Shown: piece by piece, positions 36,733 through 45,971 of the stretch
How the letters are laid out: each line of letters starts with the position of its first letter
How positions within the stretch are numbered: position 1 is the stretch's first letter
Assembly: GCA_965223325.1 (NCBI GenBank)
Contig: CBDCWI010000002.1
Span: 1,376,001-1,440,000 of the forward strand
DNA length: 64,000 nucleotides
Reading direction: 5' to 3'
DNA from: Candidatus Multivoradales bacterium
Lineage (GTDB): Bacteria; Acidobacteriota; Thermoanaerobaculia; Multivoradales; Multivoraceae
Notes under the pieces: model-generated
What the model was told of the DNA's origin: nothing
Database searches by the model: none
The model's input: only the letters and a program-made list of their open reading frames with translations
Translations under genes and position numbers: made by a program

Positions 36733-38868
36733 CTAGACCGGCAGGCGCTGCATCCGGCGCCAGGCGAGCCCCCCTAGCACCATCACCAGGAGGATGAGTC
36801 CCCACACATCGAGAGTGGGAATCGGGTAGACACCGATCGGCCCGTCACCCTCGACCACTTCGGCGGTGTCATCGTCAGTGACGTCGGGAAGGCCCGGCAG
36901 GTCATCACCGTCCTGGTTCGACGGGTTGCCGACGGTGGTGGCGTCGTTGATGATGTTGCCCTGGATCGTCGACTCCCAGTAGTAGACGATCGACTCGCCG
37001 GGCGCGAGGGGTTCGCCGCCCGAGAGCAGCACCATGTCGGTCTGGTTCACGCCGTAGGTGTTGTCGACCAGAGTCACATCGTCGAGGTAGGTGGCTCCGG
37101 TATTGGTGATGACGAAGCAGAAGGTGACCGCATCACCGAGCTCGCCCTCGGCCAGTTCCGAACCCTCGCAGCTGGCACCATCGTCATAGCCGAGGTAGAC
37201 CGTCTTCTCGAGGTTGATGTCGGGCGTCGGAGTGACTGGATCGTCGCTCTCGGCCACCTCGGCGGTATCCGTGTCGGTGGGGTTGGGCAAACCGGGGATG
37301 TCGGACCCATCGGGGTTCGACGGGTCGCCCTCGGTGTTGGCAGTGTTGAGGATGTTGCCCTGAATCGTCGACGGCCAGGAGAGCAAGCGCGATTCACCCG
37401 GCGCGAGAATGCCCGGGACGTTGAACGTCTGACCGTAGGTTTCGTCTTCGACGACCACGTCACGCAGGTGGGTGGTGCCGGTGTTGGTGACGACGAAGCA
37501 GAAGGTGACCGGATCGCCGAGCTCGCCTTCGACGAACTCGACCGAACCGGCACAACCGGCATTGCCGTTCGTGCCGAGGTAGACCGTCTTCTCGAGCGAG
37601 ATGGCAGCGCTCACCACACGGACCGAGGCCGGGTCGGTGGCCTCCGGGTCATCGAGGCCCGGAAGATCGTTGCCGTCGCCACCCGTGGGGTTGCCCGTCG
37701 TCGAGGCGGTGTTGTCGAAGTCGACCGTTGCACCACCGGCAGGCGTGTACGAATAGGTCGCCGAAGCCCCGGGTGCCAGTGGCAGGCTTCCCGAAACCGG
37801 CGTCAGGTCGCTGATGTCGAGCCCCAGGGGATTGTCGTCGAGCGCCAGCGAGCTCAGGAAGACACCGCCAGTGTTGGTGACTTCGAAGCACCATGTGATC
37901 GGCGTGCCCGGTGCGACGGTGAGAATCTCGACGCCGGGGCATGCGTTGCCGTCGGTGCCGGCGACGATGGTCTTCTGCAGGTCGATCCCGGTAACGGCAC
38001 ATTCCAGCGTTTCGTAATCGAAACCCAGGGCGCTCAGATCGGCCAGCTGGACGCTCGTGCCGGTCGCTTTGTCGACGGAGAAGAAGCTGTTGTTGAGCCC
38101 CGCCGTGCCTTCGTCGCCAGTCGAGGCGAACATATTCCCGGAGCCGTCGATGGTCAGGCCTTCGACGTCCTTGACGCGCTCGGCGCCGGTCAGGAACGGA
38201 CCGATCGGCGTGGCGACACCGGTTACCCGATCGATCGTCACCAGCACGTCGTTGCGATCAACCCCTCCGCCAGCCTGGTTGGCCACACCGTAGAGGATGC
38301 CGGTCGTCGGATCGACGGCAATGTCATCGACGTCCATGACGCCTGAGACCGCACTCAGGTCGATGGGAATGCAGTCGCCGACGGGCTCGCCGCTGTTCGG
38401 GTTGACCGAGAAGAGGAAGTCCTCGCCGTTTTCATCGCGGCGATTGGCCAACAGCTGACCGGTAGTCGGGTCGAAGTCGAGGCCGTCGTTGTCGGAGGCC
38501 TGCTGACCGCCAGGGCAGGCACCCGCCGCACCAACCGACGTGAACTCGGCGGTGTTGGGGTCGACGCGGCCGAAGTTCTGGGCATCGTAGACCCACAGAG
38601 TCCCGGTTGCGAGGTCGAGCGCCGAAGACTCGATGTTGAAGGTCGCGGAGGTGGTACCGGCGATCACGATGCCACCCAGGTTGACCGGGCTCGAGCCGTC
38701 AGGCTCGACCTGTATCAGACCGTCGGGGCCGCCCTTGTTGTCGGCCACGAGGTAGCAGACGCCATCGGAAGTTTGAGCGCCAGCAACTCCAGCACCAAGA
38801 GTGAGAAGCAGTGCGGCCAGACCGGCCCAGCGGGCGGGCGGGATGGCAAGTATTCTGAGTCGGACCAT
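36733..38868 (-). CDS. IPTL-CTERM surface protein: beta-propeller-like N-domain + three Cys-containing Ig-like (DUF11/DUF7507-like) repeats
   Basis: Signal peptide; D(P)xTG blade motifs; 3x I.L(Q/E)KT...C...T(W/F)CF.(V/I)TNTG...LAPG; C-terminal PIPTLDVWGLILLVMVLGGLAWRRMQR. Confidence 0.9.
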   Translation of the reverse strand: MVRLRILAIPPARWAGLAALLLTLGAGVAGAQTSDGVCYLVADNKGGPDGLIQVEPDGSSPVNLGGIVIAGTTSATFNIESSALDLATGTLWVYDAQNFGRVDPNTAEFTSVGAAGACPGGQQASDNDGLDFDPTTGQLLANRRDENGEDFLFSVNPNSGEPVGDCIPIDLSAVSGVMDVDDIAVDPTTGILYGVANQAGGGVDRNDVLVTIDRVTGVATPIGPFLTGAERVKDVEGLTIDGSGNMFASTGDEGTAGLNNSFFSVDKATGTSVQLADLSALGFDYETLECAVTGIDLQKTIVAGTDGNACPGVEILTVAPGTPITWCFEVTNTGGVFLSSLALDDNPLGLDISDLTPVSGSLPLAPGASATYSYTPAGGATVDFDNTASTTGNPTGGDGNDLPGLDDPEATDPASVRVVSAAISLEKTVYLGTNGNAGCAGSVEFVEGELGDPVTFCFVVTNTGTTHLRDVVVEDETYGQTFNVPGILAPGESRLLSWPSTIQGNILNTANTEGDPSNPDGSDIPGLPNPTDTDTAEVAESDDPVTPTPDINLEKTVYLGYDDGASCEGSELAEGELGDAVTFCFVITNTGATYLDDVTLVDNTYGVNQTDMVLLSGGEPLAPGESIVYYWESTIQGNIINDATTVGNPSNQDGDDLPGLPDVTDDDTAEVVEGDGPIGVYPIPTLDVWGLILLVMVLGGLAWRRMQRLPV

Positions 38869-39366
38869 TGGTGTTCCCTCTTTCGTTCTCGTAGAAAATC
38901 CGTATGTCTGTGAGGCCGTCGGGCCCGTGCATCAGGGCGCGACGGCCACATCTCCAAAATCCTTCGTTGGGCAAACTCAGCGATTCGAAAAAGCGCGGAG
39001 CCCCTGCGGGGGATCGAAGACCTTGGCCATGACGGCGGGATCAGGGAACTCCTGATCAAGGCGACTGCAAGAGATCTGCCAGGGGGGACTCCACGAGGCC
39101 CTCCCAGCCGGAGCCGAAGGACTCCTTCACCAACGGAACGCTTGTCGTCTCGAATAGTGCATGGCCACACTACCATTGTTTCTCGGCCCGATCCGCCCAA
39201 ACCCCTTATTTCATTGCACTTAAAACTCTTCAAATAAAGTTTCCTTCAAAATCATCGCTGTGTCACAACGATTCAGACGGAGCGTTATCGTGCACCTCGA
39301 GCGACGCATCGCACTGGCAGTGCCGCCGCTATACTCTGCGCCCCATTCCACAGGAGACAAGACGAG

Positions 39367-39849
39367 ATGCCGATCGAAACCGGTCAACAGATCCCCGAAG
39401 CGACCCTCAAGACGCTGACCGCCGATGGCATGCAGGACGTCTCGTCGCGCGAACTCTTCGATGGCAAGAAGGTCGTGATGTTCGCAGTCCCTGGGGCGTT
39501 CACCCCCACCTGCCAGGACGTTCACCTCCCGGGCTTCATTGACAACCTCGATGCGATGCGCGAGAAGGGCGCCGACACCGTCGCCTGCGTCGCCGTCAAC
39601 GACCCCTTCGTGATGGCCGCCTGGCGCGAAGCGCGCGGCATTCCCGCTGACCTGCAGCTGCTCTCCGACGGCAATGGTGAATTTGCCGAGGCGCTCGGTC
39701 TGGTGCTCGACGCCACCCGCTTCGGAATGGGCAAGCGCTCGCGCCGCTACGCCGCCATCGTCGACGACGGAAAGCTCACCTACCTGGGCGTCGAAGAGGG
39801 CGGCGAGGTCTCGGTCTCGGGCGCCGACGCGGTGCTCGAAGCGCTCTAG
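39367..39849 (+). CDS. Peroxiredoxin (Prx5-like, Redoxin family)
   Basis: AGGAG RBS; VPGAFTPTC, VNDPFVMAAW, SDGNGEF, RSRRYA. Confidence 0.95.
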   Translation: MPIETGQQIPEATLKTLTADGMQDVSSRELFDGKKVVMFAVPGAFTPTCQDVHLPGFIDNLDAMREKGADTVACVAVNDPFVMAAWREARGIPADLQLLSDGNGEFAEALGLVLDATRFGMGKRSRRYAAIVDDGKLTYLGVEEGGEVSVSGADAVLEAL

Positions 39850-39855
39850 TACCCC

Positions 39856-40839
39856 GTGCCGGCAAAGCCTGAGCAGACGGTCAGCGACGAGGCGGTCATC
39901 GCGCCGCGCTCGCCGTGGTTGGAGTTCAGCCAGGAGGAGTGGGGACGCCTGCGGGCCGACACCCCGCTGACCCTGACCGAGGCCGACCTCGACCAGCTGC
40001 GCGGTATCAACGAGAGTGTGTCGATGGATGAGGTGGCGACCGTCTACCTCCCGCTGTCTCGCCTGCTCAATCTCTACGTCGCCGCTACTCAGGGTCTGTT
40101 CGATGCCACCGCGACCTTCCTGGGCAAGAACGAGGGCAAGGTGCCCTACGTCATCGCGGTTGCCGGTTCGGTCGCGGTTGGCAAGAGCACAACCGCCCGC
40201 ATCCTGCAGGCCCTCTTGAGTCGCTGGCCCAACACACCGGCTGTTTCGCTGGTGACCACAGACGGCTTTCTATGGCCCAACGCCAAGCTCGAGGCCGACG
40301 GCCTGATGCACCGCAAAGGGTTCCCCGAGAGCTTCGACGTGCGCCGCCTCGTCGACTTCGTTGCCAGCGTCAAGAGCGGCAACCGAGGGGTCACCTACCC
40401 GCTCTACTCCCACCTGAGCTACGACATCATCCCCGACAGGTTCGGCGTCGTCGACCGCCCCGACATCCTCATCCTCGAAGGATTGAACGTCCTTCAGCCC
40501 CCACCCACGACCGGTCCGGGGCATCCACCCCGCCGCCATCTCTCCGATCTCTTCGACTTTTCGATCTACGTCCACGCTGAGACCGCGGTCGTCGAAGAGT
40601 GGTACATCCAGCGCTTCTTGACCTTCCGCGAGACCGCCTTCCAATCCCCCGACGCCTACTTCCACCGCTACGCCCAGCTCAATCAGGAAGAGGCCATCGC
40701 AACCGCCAAGGGCATCTGGAAGAGCATCAACGAGATCAACCTCGAACAGAACATCATCGGAACCCGCGAGCGCGCCACCTTGATCCTCGAAAAGGCTGCC
40801 GACCACACGGTCACCCAGGTCAAGCTACGCCGGCTATGA
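39856..40839 (+). CDS. coaA: Type I pantothenate kinase
   Basis: [53 protein letters not shown]. Confidence 0.96.
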   Translation: MPAKPEQTVSDEAVIAPRSPWLEFSQEEWGRLRADTPLTLTEADLDQLRGINESVSMDEVATVYLPLSRLLNLYVAATQGLFDATATFLGKNEGKVPYVIAVAGSVAVGKSTTARILQALLSRWPNTPAVSLVTTDGFLWPNAKLEADGLMHRKGFPESFDVRRLVDFVASVKSGNRGVTYPLYSHLSYDIIPDRFGVVDRPDILILEGLNVLQPPPTTGPGHPPRRHLSDLFDFSIYVHAETAVVEEWYIQRFLTFRETAFQSPDAYFHRYAQLNQEEAIATAKGIWKSINEINLEQNIIGTRERATLILEKAADHTVTQVKLRRL

Positions 40840-42530
40840 CCGTCCGGTTCGCAGCTTGTATCACCATCGGCGCCTGCCTCTTTCTTTCTGTGCCTGGTGC
40901 CGGCGAGGAGTACCACGTCGCCCGCCAGGCTGGACAGGCTTCCGATGCAAATGACGGCCTGGCGCCGGTCTACCTGGGCGGCAACCACGGACCATGGGAG
41001 AGCCTCCACCACGCCAGCCAGGTCGCGACAGCCGGCGACACGGTCTGGATTCACGCCGGCGACTACCGCGGTGAAGTCACCGGCTGGGGTGGTGACGGCG
41101 TCATTCACGTCGACAACTCCGGGTCCCCGGGCGCTCCGATCCGCTTTCGCGCCGCCCCCGGCCCGCCGCCGCTCGTCCAACGCATGCTCATCCACGACCG
41201 AGAGTGGATCGAGATCGAGGGCCTGGCCTTCGAGAGCACCGAGTACGACCTCCCGGCCACCTGGCTCGACATGCCAATGATTACCGTAGACGACCCCACG
41301 GTGGTCATCGATCCCCGCGAAGACTGGTCAACCCGCGCCGCCAGGGTGCGCCAGAAGTACGCCACCTACACCGCCATGCAGGACTTCTTTCTGACCCAGT
41401 ACACCGTCGGAGTCGACGTGAAGAACTCACACCACGTCACCCTCCAGGGCAACTCGTTTCGCCTCTACACCTTTGGCGTCCAGATCCGCGGCGTCTCGAG
41501 CAACCTTCTGATTCAAGACAACAACTTCGATCACAACCACGACGGCATCTTCAGTTGGCTGCCCGAGCCCTCAATCAGCGACTCGATCATCCGCCGGAAC
41601 GTCATCCGCCACAGCTTCAACTCAGGTATCCAGATTCGCCAGCAGGCGACCTCGGTGGTCATTGCCTCGAACGACATTCGCTGGAGCGGCACCTCCCACA
41701 TCTCGCTTCTCGCCGACTCCGTCGACTGTTCGATCCGCGGCAACCGAGCCGTTTTCGGGGGGTACTACTCGGAGACCATGGAGTTCCCTGGAAGCTCGGC
41801 GATCAACGTCCACACCTCCGGCCCTGGAAACATCGTCGAGGGCAACCTCGCCGCCTACCAGAACGACCCCACCCTCGTCGACGGCAACGGCTACATCGCC
41901 GACTTGATGCGCCCGGACGGCACAGTGCTGTTTGTCAACAATGTCGCCTACCGCAACGTCGGCTCCGGCATCCGCACCGTCGAAACCCCAGGCTGCGTGA
42001 TCGTCCACAACACGCTGGTGGAAAACGGCTACGGCGCCGAGACCGCCTACGGTGGCGCCGGGGTCTACCTGGCGCGTTCACACGACACCCAAACGACGAT
42101 CGCCAACAACATCTTCAAGGGTCACACCTCTGCCTCGATCAAGAGTTGGTACACCGCCGACCAGCAGGCCGAGATCAACTTCAACCTCTTCGACGAGTCG
42201 CCCGGCATTCCGTTGCTCTGGGACGGAGGCGAGGGCGACAGGGCCTACTTCGACCTCCAATCCCTGCACGCCTCGACCGCTTGGGAAACGGAGGGAAGAG
42301 TAGCGAGCGCCCAGCTTGCAGACCATGCCGCCCTGGACTTCCATCTCACCTCCGCCAGCGCCGCGATAGACGGCGGACGCGCGGCACCCGAAGCCACCTC
42401 GGACTACAGCGGAATCCCGCGCCCGCGCGGCGATGCCCCTGACATGGGTGCCTTCGAGTACTGCCCAGACGGCTGCCAGCTGATCTTCCAGGACGGCTTC
42501 GAAGGCGGCGACATCGACGCCTGGCGCTAG
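40836..42530 (+). CDS. Secreted right-handed beta-helix (pectate lyase-like) protein with IFxDGFEGG tail
   Basis: ATGA overlap with coaA; signal peptide; ASDANDG...[15 protein letters not shown], repeated I..N ladders, [19 protein letters not shown]; ends [16 protein letters not shown]. Confidence 0.88.
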   Translation: MTVRFAACITIGACLFLSVPGAGEEYHVARQAGQASDANDGLAPVYLGGNHGPWESLHHASQVATAGDTVWIHAGDYRGEVTGWGGDGVIHVDNSGSPGAPIRFRAAPGPPPLVQRMLIHDREWIEIEGLAFESTEYDLPATWLDMPMITVDDPTVVIDPREDWSTRAARVRQKYATYTAMQDFFLTQYTVGVDVKNSHHVTLQGNSFRLYTFGVQIRGVSSNLLIQDNNFDHNHDGIFSWLPEPSISDSIIRRNVIRHSFNSGIQIRQQATSVVIASNDIRWSGTSHISLLADSVDCSIRGNRAVFGGYYSETMEFPGSSAINVHTSGPGNIVEGNLAAYQNDPTLVDGNGYIADLMRPDGTVLFVNNVAYRNVGSGIRTVETPGCVIVHNTLVENGYGAETAYGGAGVYLARSHDTQTTIANNIFKGHTSASIKSWYTADQQAEINFNLFDESPGIPLLWDGGEGDRAYFDLQSLHASTAWETEGRVASAQLADHAALDFHLTSASAAIDGGRAAPEATSDYSGIPRPRGDAPDMGAFEYCPDGCQLIFQDGFEGGDIDAWR

Positions 42531-42572
42531 ATCACAAGAACGGTCAAGACAGCCCGCCACCGATCGCAGACA

Positions 42573-43496
42573 ATGGTGCTCATGGCGACGCCTCTCGAAG
42601 AAATCCTCCCGCTCCTCGCCCGCCTGGCGCACTCAGACGGCGAATCGCGCACCCTCGCCGATCTCGCCACCCTGGATGGCCGCTCGCCGTCTCACCTGCA
42701 ACGGATCTTCAAGGCAGCAGTCGGCGAAAGCCCGCTGCAGTACAACCGCAGGGTCCGGCTGCAGCGCGCCGCAGCGGCGCTCCTGGTGACCGAGCAGAGC
42801 GTCCTCGAGATCGCCCTCGATGCCGGCTTCGACACTCACGAGGGATTCACCCGGGCCTTCAAGTCGAGGTTCGAGGTATCGCCGCGGGAGTTCAGAAAGC
42901 AGCGCGCCACCTTCAACGAGCTCGTGCGCCAGCATCGCACCCACCTCGAGGTCGCCATCCGAACCGCACCGTGTGTGGGCTTGTACCGCGTACCTCTAGA
43001 ACCGAAACCAACCTCAGGAGAAGACCCGATGAGCTACGAAATCACCAAGAAGACCATCGACGAGATCCCTTTCCTCTACAAGACCTTCGAAACCCGACCC
43101 GAAGACATCGCCGACGGCCTGGGCGCCAACTTCGGTGCCGTCTTCCAATACGCCACCGCCAGCGGCATCCCTTTCGCCGGCCCCCCCACCGCCCGCTACC
43201 CCAACATGACCCCCGGCCTTCTCACCATAGACGCTGGCCTTCCCATCGCCGGCCCCACAGAAGCAGAAGACGCAGAAATCAACTGCGGCGTCCTGGCAGG
43301 AGGCACTGTCGCATCAACAATCCACAAAGGCCCCTACGACGGCCTCAGCACAGCCCACGAAGCCATCCAGAACTGGATGAAGGAAAACAACGAGAAGCCC
43401 AGCGGCGCCCCCTGGGAGGTCTACCTCACCGACCCCGGCGAAGTCCCCGACCCGGCAGAGTGGCTGACCGAGATCATCTGGCCCCTGGAGGGCTAG
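42573..43496 (+). CDS. AraC family regulator with C-terminal GyrI-like ligand-binding domain
   Basis: SPSHLQRIFKAAVGESP, RLQRAA, IALDAGFDTHEGFTRAFK; HKGPYDGL, PWEVYLTDP, WLTEIIWP. Confidence 0.93.
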   Translation: MVLMATPLEEILPLLARLAHSDGESRTLADLATLDGRSPSHLQRIFKAAVGESPLQYNRRVRLQRAAAALLVTEQSVLEIALDAGFDTHEGFTRAFKSRFEVSPREFRKQRATFNELVRQHRTHLEVAIRTAPCVGLYRVPLEPKPTSGEDPMSYEITKKTIDEIPFLYKTFETRPEDIADGLGANFGAVFQYATASGIPFAGPPTARYPNMTPGLLTIDAGLPIAGPTEAEDAEINCGVLAGGTVASTIHKGPYDGLSTAHEAIQNWMKENNEKPSGAPWEVYLTDPGEVPDPAEWLTEIIWPLEG

Positions 43497-44105
43497 AACC
43501 GCAGGCGGAGAGCGCCCCGCGGTTTCACCCACGGCCCGCACAACAGCAATCGATCGAAGGGGTCCCGGTGATGCGAGGGCAGACCCTTGGGGCCCCCCGT
43601 CGATCAACACTAGTTCACCATTGGCTCGTCCCCTCTGGCAGAAGTCGTCGCGTTTGAATGGCGATGATCTTCATGAAGTGAAGACCAAGCCTGGTCACAA
43701 GACCTGGCCAACCAACACGGCTAGCCGCAGCAACCGTCCCCCCGAGAAAGCAGCCGGCGCTTCCCTCGAAGCGACCACTCTCCGGCCGGTCGCCAACGCG
43801 GCACGGTGAGCCCACGGGTCCGCCCAACGGAAAGGTCGGGCAGAACACGCCGATAAGTCGAAGCGCGCACCCTCCCACCAGACCTGAGAACAAACCCACC
43901 CTCGCCGCCCTCCTGTCTCCGCCCCCGCCACCAAGCAAGAAGATCCCCAACCTGGTCAACGACCACAAAGAGGATCAAGAGCCAGAAAACGGCGCCACCG
44001 ACCCACCAAACCAGGTGCGCTGGCAGCGAAGGGGCATGGAGCGCTTTCAACATAGAGCGAGTACGAACGAGAGGGACAACAATTCGCTGCGACAAGCCCC
44101 GAAAT

Positions 44106-44272
44106 CAGGGAGCGACGCCCGAAGGGCAAGCTCCGGACCACCCCAAAACCAGGGAGCGGCGCCCGAAGGGCAAGCTCCGGACCACCCCAAAACCAGGGAG
44201 CGACGCCCGAAGGGCAAGCTCCGGACCACCCCAAAACCAGGGAGCGGCGCCCGAAGGGCAAGCTCCGGACCA
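44106..44272. repeat. About 3.8 tandem copies of a 44-bp REP-like hairpin unit
   Basis: CAGGGAGCG(A/G)CGCCCGAAGGGCAAGCTCCGGACCACCCCAAAAC starting at 44106, 44150, 44194 and 44238 (last copy partial); nested stems GGAGC/GCTCC and GCCC/GGGC. Confidence 0.93.
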
Positions 44273-44321
44273 ACTTCTCCGCCCCCCTCACCCCCAAGGC
44301 CGGTGGTCAAACCGACCCCAA

Positions 44322-44487
44322 GCTCTGAGGTGCCAGGAGGAGCGCCCAGGGCCTTCTTGGAGGCCGCACCACGACGCCCGTAGCAGTCCACAACCGACAA
44401 GGCGGCCGGAAAGCTGAGGCGGCGCAACCCCCGGCAGGCCAAGAAGCGCTCGCCGTGCCCTGGGCGCTCCTCCCGGCACATCAGAGC
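44322..44487. repeat. 166-bp element bounded by 31-bp inverted repeats (MITE-like or long hairpin)
   Basis: 44322-44352 matches the reverse complement of 44457-44487 at 29/31; inner CTTCTTGG/CCAAGAAG pair. Confidence 0.8.
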
Positions 44488-44515
44488 GTCGCCGACCCAG
44501 CCCTCCCATCAAGGC

Positions 44516-45517
44516 CTAGACCTCCGACTCCGACTCCGACTCCGACTCCGACGACGACGACGACGACGACGACGACAAAGCATCGATCTCGTCCCAGTAC
44601 CACCGCTTGTAATTCCACGCCCACTGCTCAGGAACCCCCAGAACAGCCCCCTCAATAACCTCCGCCATCCTCTCCGTCAAAGCCCGCTCATCGGTCTCAG
44701 AATGCCCAGCGGCAACCAACTCCTCGACCAACAACCGAAACCGACAACGCCCAGTACGCACCGCGAAAACCGCGATCACCGAGCACCGATGCCGCACCGC
44801 CAACGTAGCCGGCCCACCAACGAACTCGGTAGGAAATCCCAAGAACGAAACCACCGGCCCGCGTCGCCCTTCGGGCTTCTGATCCATCACGAACCCCAAC
44901 GACTCACCACGCTTGAGCGCCGCAATCATCTGACGAAGCGGCGCCCGTTGGTCCGTCCACAGGACCTGAAGTCCAGAAGCCTCGCGCATGCGCCGCAAGA
45001 GCGGCGTCACGGCAGCGAACTTCGAACGTTTCGCCAGCGCCCAGAATTGCCGCTCAGAAGCCAGCGACCCGGCGAGACCCACCAGCTCCCAGCTACCGAG
45101 ATGACCCGTGACGATCAGGTGGCCTCGCCCCGCATCCTCGGCGCGTCGCACTAGCCCCTGCAACGCGTCGAAGCCCTCGAACTCGAGGCAGTCGCGATCG
45201 TAGATCGCCCGCAACGTCTCGAGGGCACACAAAACGTTGGTACGAAACATCAGGCGCAACATCCGCCGCCCCTCAGGAGAGTCCGGCGCGAGACCGAGCA
45301 CCCGCTCGAGATTCACCTTCGCCAGCCGTCGATCGCGCGACGACACCATCCGCAGGAGCCAGCCCAGCGCCGACGCGATCGGGCCGTAGGTCGCCAGGGG
45401 AAGATGGACCACCAACCAGACCACCCCCGCCAGCACAAGAGAGAAGAGCCCGGCACCGGCCTCGCCGGCGCGCTCAGTGGCGGCTGTTCCGGTGGTCTGG
45501 TTGAGATCGCTGGTCAT
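44516..45517 (-). CDS. Lysophospholipid acyltransferase, LpxL/HtrB family
   Basis: VTGHLGSWE, GFVMDQ, FLGFP, PEQWAWNYKRW. Confidence 0.92.
   Translation of the reverse strand: MTSDLNQTTGTAATERAGEAGAGLFSLVLAGVVWLVVHLPLATYGPIASALGWLLRMVSSRDRRLAKVNLERVLGLAPDSPEGRRMLRLMFRTNVLCALETLRAIYDRDCLEFEGFDALQGLVRRAEDAGRGHLIVTGHLGSWELVGLAGSLASERQFWALAKRSKFAAVTPLLRRMREASGLQVLWTDQRAPLRQMIAALKRGESLGFVMDQKPEGRRGPVVSFLGFPTEFVGGPATLAVRHRCSVIAVFAVRTGRCRFRLLVEELVAAGHSETDERALTERMAEVIEGAVLGVPEQWAWNYKRWYWDEIDALSSSSSSSSSESESESESEV
44522..44576. repeat. Compound microsatellite (CTCCGA)n-(CGA)n encoding the poly-Ser/(SE)n tail of the acyltransferase
   Basis: Read directly at the 3' end of the CDS. Confidence 0.9.
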
Positions 45518-45655
45518 GGCTCGTCCACCGGATTGGGGCAAACAGAAACGGGGTTTTGACGTCGATCGAGCCTATCAACGGGCCTCCGGCTATGATGGCG
45601 GCCTTCCCGACGACAGTTTGCTGGCAGTCACCGATCTCTCCGCCGAAAGAGGCTC

Positions 45656-45925
45656 ATGGCGACACCCGATCCAACGCGCTACTGGCGCGCCAACCTGACC
45701 TTGATGAGCGTCTTGCTCGCCGTCTGGGCCATCGTTTCTCTCTTGCTCTCGGTGGTCTTCGTCGAACCACTCAATGCTCTTCGCATCGGCGGCTTCCCGC
45801 TCGGTTTCTGGATCGCCCAGCAGGGCGCAATCGTGGTGTTCGTCGTGTTGATTCTGGTGTACGCCGTCACCATGGACCGTATCGACCAGCGCTATGGCGT
45901 CGATCGCCAGGAGGAGAAGCCTTGA
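45656..45925 (+). CDS. DUF4212 small subunit of solute:sodium symporter
   Basis: YWRANL, GFPLGFWIAQQG, MDRIDQRYGV. Confidence 0.92.
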   Translation: MATPDPTRYWRANLTLMSVLLAVWAIVSLLLSVVFVEPLNALRIGGFPLGFWIAQQGAIVVFVVLILVYAVTMDRIDQRYGVDRQEEKP

Positions 45926-45971
45926 TTCCACCAACGGCGCGGCCCGGCCTCGAGAGGAACAAGAGCCTCTA

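Noticed and set aside
38968-39015. c-di-GMP-I riboswitch (GGGCAAAC...GAAA)
   Set aside because: Lacks the GACGCAAAGC continuation and P2 pairing; far from the next + strand gene and antisense to the nearest one
44106-44272. CRISPR array
   Set aside because: Units are head-to-tail with identical linkers and no unique spacers; no cas genes in the window
43615-44658. Several short ORFs in the intergenic repeat region
   Set aside because: Translations are repeat-derived or low-complexity, with no RBS or recognisable motifs
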